Part shown: positions 5,952 to 11,195 of the stretch, one piece after another
Position numbering within the stretch: the stretch's first letter is position 1
Layout: each line of letters starts with the position of its first letter
Assembly: GCA_046757525.1 (NCBI GenBank)
Contig: JBHHYI010000137.1
Span: forward strand, 1 to 11,195
Direction: 5' to 3'
Length of the DNA: 11,195 bases
Origin: a bacterium
GTDB lineage: Bacteria > Zhuqueibacterota > Zhuqueibacteria > Oceanimicrobiales > Oceanimicrobiaceae
Notes under the pieces: generated by a model
Databases searched by the model: none
What the model was told of the DNA's origin: nothing
What the model saw: only the letters and a program-made list of their open reading frames with translations
Made by a program: the position numbers and the translations under genes

Positions 5952-5998
5952 ATCCTTAAAAATAATTTAAGATTTACAGGGGTTTAGGTGATTGGACC

Positions 5999-8900
5999 AT
6001 GGCAAGATTTTCTTTGTTAATTGTAGACGACGAAAAAATGATGTTGCAGTTTTTTACACGTACCCTGGAGGCAGACTACAAGCTACTCACAGCACAAAGC
6101 GGAGAAGAGGCCTTAGAATTGCTGGCGAACCAGGAAGTGCAGATCATCCTGACAGACCAAATGATGCCCAACATGACAGGCCTGGAATTCTTGACCAAAG
6201 CAGCAGAAATCAACTGCAACACCATCAATGTCCTGTTCACGGGTTACAACGATTTAGGCACCACAATCGATGCGATAAACTCCGGTCTGGTGTGGCGCTA
6301 TGTAGCCAAGCCGTTCAACATCAGCGAATTAGAGATGGTCATTAGTCAAGCCGTTGAACGCTACAATTTGCTGCAAGAAAATCGAAAACTCACCCTGGAA
6401 CTTCGCCGCGCCAACGAAAATCTGGAACGGAAAGTTCAGCAAAGAACACGCGCCCTCAAGCAGTCGGAGGAGAAGTACCGCACCCTGGTCGAGTCAGCTT
6501 TGACCGGCATCGCTATTATTGAAGACGACAAAATAGTCTATTGTAATAATAGGGCCAGTCAAATACTGGGATATCTGGAGCAGGAACTCGTGGGCAAATC
6601 CATTTATGAATTCATTCTACCTGAAGAACGGGACAGAGTTCAAAAGAGGATTCTCGCGCGTTTGGCAGGGGAACCAACTGCCAACTCGATGCGCGTACGA
6701 TGTCAACACAAAAACGGTCAGACCGTGATCACCGAGTTGTTAGGCGTTTTAATCCGTTACCACGGCAAGGCTGCCATCCAGGCCAATTTCATAGACATCA
6801 CCGAAAGAGAGCAGGCCGAAAAAGTTCAATCGGTGTTGTTGCACATATTAGAATCTACCAGCAGATCCAACAAGCTGGAGGAGCTGCTTGAAATCATCCA
6901 TGCTCAATTGGGCCAATTGATCGATACCACGAACTTTTTTGTGGCTCTGTACGACCAGGAAAACAAGACCTACTCGTTTCCCTATTACGTGGATCAGTAT
7001 GACGACGCCGATTTTACGCCGGAAGAGCTCAAAAAGAGTTTAACCGATTACGTGCGAAGACGGGGCGAGCCTTTGTTGGTAGATGAAGCTCTGCACGAGG
7101 AGCTCATCAAACGAGGAGAAGTGGAGTTGATCGGGGAGCCTTCGCCCATCTGGCTTGGTGTGCCGTTAAAAACCATGAACGGCGTGATCGGCGTGGTGGC
7201 GGTGCAGAGTTATACCGAGCATTCCCTGTATTCGGAAAAGGACCTGGAATTGTTGTCGTTGGTTTCCGGACACATCGCCATGGCGATCGAACGCATGCGC
7301 GCTTTGGAAGCGTTGCAGGAGAGCGAGCGCCGCTTCGCTACTTTGTTTCGGGAATCGCTGGACGCTATTTTGATCGTAGATGCTTTGAGCGAAAAGATAC
7401 TGCTGATCAACAATGTGGTGAGGAGGCTGTTTGGTTACAAAGAAGAACTCGTGGGACAGAGTTTTTCCGTCCTGTTGCCAGAAAAACATGAAGGTGAATT
7501 GCGAGAATTGTTCAGCAAGGTTCGGGTGCACGACTCCGTGTTCGGTGAACAGGAGTTCGCCAAAGCCGACGGTACCATCATTCTGGCTGATCTCACGGCC
7601 ACCATGATCGATTGGACCAGGAACAAAGCCATCCTGGTGAATCTACGGGACATCACCGAACGCAAACAAATGCAGTTGGCCATTAGCGAATCGGAAGCTC
7701 GCTACCGGCAGTTGGTCGAGCAAATGCCGGATGGTTTGTACCGCAGCACGCCAGCCGGCAGGTTTGTCACGGTGAACGACGCCTTTGTCAAGATGCTGGG
7801 TTACATGTGTGCCGACGAGGTGCTGCAGCTTGACATTCCCACCGATCTCTATTTTTCACCCGCGGAAAGGCGTCAGGCTTTGCAGAATTTCGACCAGAAA
7901 GACCATCCTGACACGACCATTTTTCGTTTGAAGAAAAAAGACGGCAGGGAGCTCTGGGTTGAAGATAACGGCAAGGCAATTCTGGATTCAGACGGACAGG
8001 TCCTCTATTATGAGGGGGTGGTCAGAGATATTACAGCTCGAAAAAAGGCGGAGGATGCCTTACAAGCTCAAAAGAAATATTTTGAAGCCTTGTTCAACAG
8101 TGCTCCAGATGCCATCGTCTCTCTCGATATGCAGCAGCGTATCGTCAATTTCAACCCTGCCTTTGGGAAGTTATTTGGCTTTACTCTAAGAGAAGTCATA
8201 AACAAGAATATAGACGATATCATCATCCCGGCGGGAAAAATGCAAGAGGCCAACGGTTTTACTCGAGCCTTGAGTCAGGATGAGGAGATTAGCTGTGAGG
8301 CGATCCGCAAAAGAAAAGATGGCTCCCTGGTTCACGTTGAAATTAAGGGAACCCCCATTTTTATTGAAGGTCAGCAGGTCGGGTTGTATGCTATTTACCG
8401 GGATATCACGCAGCGCAAGAAGGCCGAGGCAGAGTTACAAAAGGCCAAAGAAGGCGCCGAGGCCGCCAACCGCGCCAAGAGCGACTTCCTGGCGAACATG
8501 AGCCACGAAATACGGACCCCACTCAACGGCATCATTGGCTACACCGAGCTTCTAATCGAGGAGAATCTAACCTCCGAGTATTTGGAATCGATTAAGATTA
8601 TTCAGGCCTCCGCACGCTACTTGCTCCAATTGATCAACGAAATATTAGACCTCTCCAAAATCGAAGCTCAGGGCATTGAGTTAGAAAACGAACCCTTTGA
8701 CCTCACCAAGGTCTTGTATGAGAAGATCAAAGTCGTGCGCCCCCGTGTTGCAGAGAAAGGCGTGGAATTGAAATTCAGCTTTTCGGAGAAAGTCCCTTCA
8801 AGGCTCATCGGCGACGCCACCAGAGTGGGCCAGATCGTATTGAATCTGCTTTCCAACGCCGCGAAATTCACCCAGGAGGGCAGCATCTCCATCTCGGTCA

Positions 8901-10732
8901 GCAAAGGCAGGGGGTTCAAGAACCGGAAAGAGGTCTTCCCGTTGCAAATCGTTGTGGAAGATACTGGGATTGGAATTCCTCCCGAAAAGCTCGACACCAT
9001 CTTCGATGCTTTTACCCAGGCCGACAGCTCCACCACCAGACAATACGAAGGCACGGGATTGGGATTGACGATTACCAGGAAACTGGTGCAACTGATGGGC
9101 GGCCACATTCGAGTGACCAGCAAATTGGGCCGTGGCACAAAATTTACTTTGTGCCTGCCTCTGGAGATTCGCACGCGGCCCGAGGAGACGTGTGAAGAGA
9201 TCAAAGAGCTGCGTGAGAACCTTCAAGGCCTGTTGCAAGGGGAAAAAGGTCGCATATTGGTGGTCGAAGATGACAAGATTACCAGAGAGTTCCTGGTGTC
9301 TCGCCTAAAGCGCAACGGGTACCAGGTGCGCGTGGCGGTCAACAGCGAAGCGGCGTTGGAAATCGTCCACTCTCAACCGATCGATCTCATTCTGTTGGAC
9401 ATCCTATTGCCGGACTTGGTAGGGTGGCATGTTTTGAAAGAGCTAAAAGCCTCCCCCGAAACCAGTCAGATACCGGTAGTGGTGTGTTCTGTGCTCAGCG
9501 CCAAAAAGCAGGCCTTTAGTCTGGGCGCATTCGATTACCTGGAAAAGCCCATAACCGAGTCAAGTCTGCTTGCAACCATTAATCGATTAAAGAGAAGTGC
9601 ACCAACCGCCCACGGCAAGATTGTCGTTGTGGATGACGATCCCGCGGTGTTGAGAAAAATATCTTTAACCTTGGAGCGGGAACAATACAAAGTGCTCCAT
9701 TTTTGTAAGCCCAAAGAGGCCTTAGAGTATCTGTCGGAACATCCCAAAGTACAGGTTCTGGTTTTGGATTTGGTCATGCCGGAGATGGACGGATTCGAAT
9801 TCATTGCTGAACTGCGCAAAAACGAAGCTTTGCTAAAGGTGCCGGTTCTGATTTACACGGCTAAAAACCTCGCAGTCGAAGACTATTTGCGCCTCAACGG
9901 TTCATTTGAGTATTTGGTGAAGAAGAATTCCACGGGTACAGAGCTTCTGCTCAATGAAATCAGCGCCATCGTGTCGCGGCAGAAAGCTGAGCCGCAAACG
10001 GTCTCAGAGGACCGGCCAAAGGAATCGCAAACGCCGGCTGCCTCCTCAGCGCCGCATGTTTTGTTAGCTGAAGACAACGAGGTGAACTGGGGGCTGTTCC
10101 AGATGATTCTGAAACGGCAGGGCTTTGCGGTGACAGTGGTCAACAACGGGGAGGAAGTGTTGCAAGCGCTGGAAAAGCACGAGTTTGATTTGATTTTGAT
10201 GGACATGCAGATGCCGAAAATGGACGGTTACGAAACAACCCGGCGGATTAGAAAAGACGGCAGGTTCGACAGCTTGCCAATTATTGCGCTCACGGCCTAT
10301 GCCATGGTCGGGGACGCACAAAAATGCCTCGACGCCGGCTGCAACGACTACATTACCAAGCCCATCAACAACAAACGGTTTATCGATTGTGTGCGTCGCA
10401 ATCTCCCCGGGAAAGGTGGACGAACTCCGGCCAAGAGTGGCAGCCAGGATGCCAGAGAAGAAGCCTACAAAAGAGAGCTGACACGTCTCAAACAGATGTT
10501 TGTGGAGGACCTCAAAGAACGGCAGGAAAGTTTAGTTCGGGCGTTAGAGGAGGGAGATTCTAAACAGATGGAGTTTGTCGGCCACGGCATGAAAGGCAGC
10601 GGCACCAGTTACGGCTTTGAGGAAGTGACCCATTTAGGCGCGAAAATTGAGTTGGCCGCCAAGTCAAAGGATTTAGACCAGTTGAACAAACTCGTCGCTG
10701 AATTCGGAAGATTGGTCAAGCAACTCTCATGA
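5999..10732 (+). CDS. Multi-sensor hybrid (unorthodox) histidine kinase: REC-PAS-GAF-PAS-PAS-PAS-HisKA-HATPase_c-REC-REC-REC-HPt
   Basis: REC1 (IVDDE...LTD53QMMP...KP). Four PAS/PAC domains end in DITERE, DITERK, DITARK and DITQRK. GAF domain (WLGVPL...IGVVAVQSY). H-box FLANMSH836EIRTPLNG, N-box [15 protein letters not shown]1 DTGIGI, F-box [10 protein letters not shown]2 GTGLGL. REC2 D1134, REC3 D1257, REC4 D1402. HPt GH1529[10 protein letters not shown]. No TM segment seen. Confidence 0.97.
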   Translation: MARFSLLIVDDEKMMLQFFTRTLEADYKLLTAQSGEEALELLANQEVQIILTDQMMPNMTGLEFLTKAAEINCNTINVLFTGYNDLGTTIDAINSGLVWRYVAKPFNISELEMVISQAVERYNLLQENRKLTLELRRANENLERKVQQRTRALKQSEEKYRTLVESALTGIAIIEDDKIVYCNNRASQILGYLEQELVGKSIYEFILPEERDRVQKRILARLAGEPTANSMRVRCQHKNGQTVITELLGVLIRYHGKAAIQANFIDITEREQAEKVQSVLLHILESTSRSNKLEELLEIIHAQLGQLIDTTNFFVALYDQENKTYSFPYYVDQYDDADFTPEELKKSLTDYVRRRGEPLLVDEALHEELIKRGEVELIGEPSPIWLGVPLKTMNGVIGVVAVQSYTEHSLYSEKDLELLSLVSGHIAMAIERMRALEALQESERRFATLFRESLDAILIVDALSEKILLINNVVRRLFGYKEELVGQSFSVLLPEKHEGELRELFSKVRVHDSVFGEQEFAKADGTIILADLTATMIDWTRNKAILVNLRDITERKQMQLAISESEARYRQLVEQMPDGLYRSTPAGRFVTVNDAFVKMLGYMCADEVLQLDIPTDLYFSPAERRQALQNFDQKDHPDTTIFRLKKKDGRELWVEDNGKAILDSDGQVLYYEGVVRDITARKKAEDALQAQKKYFEALFNSAPDAIVSLDMQQRIVNFNPAFGKLFGFTLREVINKNIDDIIIPAGKMQEANGFTRALSQDEEISCEAIRKRKDGSLVHVEIKGTPIFIEGQQVGLYAIYRDITQRKKAEAELQKAKEGAEAANRAKSDFLANMSHEIRTPLNGIIGYTELLIEENLTSEYLESIKIIQASARYLLQLINEILDLSKIEAQGIELENEPFDLTKVLYEKIKVVRPRVAEKGVELKFSFSEKVPSRLIGDATRVGQIVLNLLSNAAKFTQEGSISISVSKGRGFKNRKEVFPLQIVVEDTGIGIPPEKLDTIFDAFTQADSSTTRQYEGTGLGLTITRKLVQLMGGHIRVTSKLGRGTKFTLCLPLEIRTRPEETCEEIKELRENLQGLLQGEKGRILVVEDDKITREFLVSRLKRNGYQVRVAVNSEAALEIVHSQPIDLILLDILLPDLVGWHVLKELKASPETSQIPVVVCSVLSAKKQAFSLGAFDYLEKPITESSLLATINRLKRSAPTAHGKIVVVDDDPAVLRKISLTLEREQYKVLHFCKPKEALEYLSEHPKVQVLVLDLVMPEMDGFEFIAELRKNEALLKVPVLIYTAKNLAVEDYLRLNGSFEYLVKKNSTGTELLLNEISAIVSRQKAEPQTVSEDRPKESQTPAASSAPHVLLAEDNEVNWGLFQMILKRQGFAVTVVNNGEEVLQALEKHEFDLILMDMQMPKMDGYETTRRIRKDGRFDSLPIIALTAYAMVGDAQKCLDAGCNDYITKPINNKRFIDCVRRNLPGKGGRTPAKSGSQDAREEAYKRELTRLKQMFVEDLKERQESLVRALEEGDSKQMEFVGHGMKGSGTSYGFEEVTHLGAKIELAAKSKDLDQLNKLVAEFGRLVKQLS

Positions 10733-10745
10733 AACGTCCGTTGCC

Positions 10746-10769
10746 CGTAACGCGAACGTCCCGTTTGCA
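10746..10769 (+). repeat. REP-like palindrome, second copy of the CGTAA-stem family
   Basis: CGTAA-CGCGAACG-TCC-CGTTTGCA aligns without gaps to 3106-3129 and keeps a 7-bp stem. Confidence 0.65.
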
Positions 10770-10853
10770 GCGTGTTTCTGTCCCCGAAACGACATGTCTG
10801 CATTTGCACCTGCGCTTCAAGTCAGGCGCAACACATCCCCAAAGTGCCCTCTC

Positions 10854-10866
10854 TTAGGAAACGCTC
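10854..10866 (+). repeat. Dispersed motif TTAGGAAACGCTC, copy 2 of 3
   Basis: Exact 13-mer shared with 3086-3098 and 11122-11134. Confidence 0.8.
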
Positions 10867-10909
10867 CCTTTGAGCGGACTGACAGTTGCTTTTCTTTGAG
10901 CACACAGGC

Positions 10910-11018
10910 AGTCGTCCTGAGTAGTCCCGACCGCTTTTTGGTCGGGACGTATCGAAGGACGACGCCCGTCACCCCTCGATACGGTCACCTGAGAAGCGGT
11001 GACCTACTCGGGATGACT
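10910..11018. repeat. Composite inverted-repeat (REP-doublet / MITE-like) element with nested hairpins
   Basis: Outer arms AGTCGTCCTGAGTAG (10910-10924) and CTACTCGGGATGACT (11004-11018). Inner arms CGTATCGAAGG (10948-10958) and CCCTCGATACG (10973-10983). Internal hairpins GTCCCGACC/GGTCGGGAC (10924-10948) and GGTCACC/GGTGACC (10983-11004). Confidence 0.85.
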
Positions 11019-11117
11019 CGCACAGTGCTGATCTGTAACAAGATGCCTCCTGCATGACAGAGGGCTGCCTTTGGCGTTTCCGACATTTAAAGCAAGCCGG
11101 TTGCACGGATGGCGTGG

Positions 11118-11134
11118 GCTTTTAGGAAACGCTC
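11118..11134 (+). repeat. Dispersed motif GCTTTTAGGAAACGCTC, copy 3 of 3
   Basis: Identical to 3082-3098. Its GGAAACGC core can pair with GCGTTTCC at 11074-11081. Confidence 0.85.
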
Positions 11135-11141
11135 CTTGTTC

Positions 11142-11187
11142 GTTCCCACGGTCTCCGTGGGAACACCCTCACCGACGCTCAGCGTCG
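11142..11187 (+). repeat. REP-like element: GTTCCCACG...CGTGGGAAC hairpin followed by a GACGC-N3-GCGTC hairpin (probably continues beyond the window)
   Basis: Perfect 10-bp stem GTTCCCACGG-TCT-CCGTGGGAAC (11142-11164), then CGACGC-TCA-GCGTCG (11173-11187). Resembles the widespread CGTTCCCACGCTCxGCGTGGGAA...GACGCTCxGCGTC extragenic repeat family. Confidence 0.8.
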
Positions 11188-11195
11188 AGTGACCG

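Noticed and set aside
410..10563. Remaining short ORFs nested in or antisense to zwf, the repeat protein and the kinase
   Set aside because: They lie within long, motif-supported genes and have no independent coding evidence.
10794..11057. 87-aa ORF downstream of the kinase
   Set aside because: It spans the palindromic repeat cluster, has no SD and shows no protein-like motifs.
10854..11195. CRISPR array or tRNA in the terminal repeat cluster
   Set aside because: The repeats are short, irregularly spaced and of different families; there is no repeat-spacer periodicity, no cas gene and no cloverleaf with a T-loop consensus.

Overview
Bacterial chromosomal window of roughly 50% GC. Gene content and style suggest an FCB-group lineage such as KSB1/Calditrichota/Ignavibacteria; this is inference only. 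In order: the 3' part of zwf (glucose-6-phosphate dehydrogenase, 5' end outside the window); a convergent, translationally coupled ECF sigma factor and zinc-binding (ZAS) membrane anti-sigma pair; a divergent DUF6249-like membrane protein; a palindrome-rich 550-bp intergenic region; a secreted 581-aa protein built from four tandem copies of an unrecognised ~120-aa domain; a small stand-alone DnaJ-type zinc-finger ORF; a 1577-aa cytoplasmic hybrid histidine kinase (REC-PAS-GAF-PAS-PAS-PAS-HisKA-HATPase-REC-REC-REC-HPt); and a terminal cluster of REP-like palindromes. Main observations: (1) two back-to-back ECF-type promoters (TGCAACATTTT, then GTC 17 nt after the AAC) face the sigma gene and the DUF6249-like gene, and a similarly spaced candidate precedes the repeat protein, suggesting a small envelope-stress regulon; (2) a near-consensus sigma28 promoter (TAAA-N16-GCCGATAA) precedes the four-receiver kinase; (3) several dispersed repeat families recur in the intergenic regions, one with a compensatory base change. 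No rRNA, tRNA, CRISPR array or transposase was seen.
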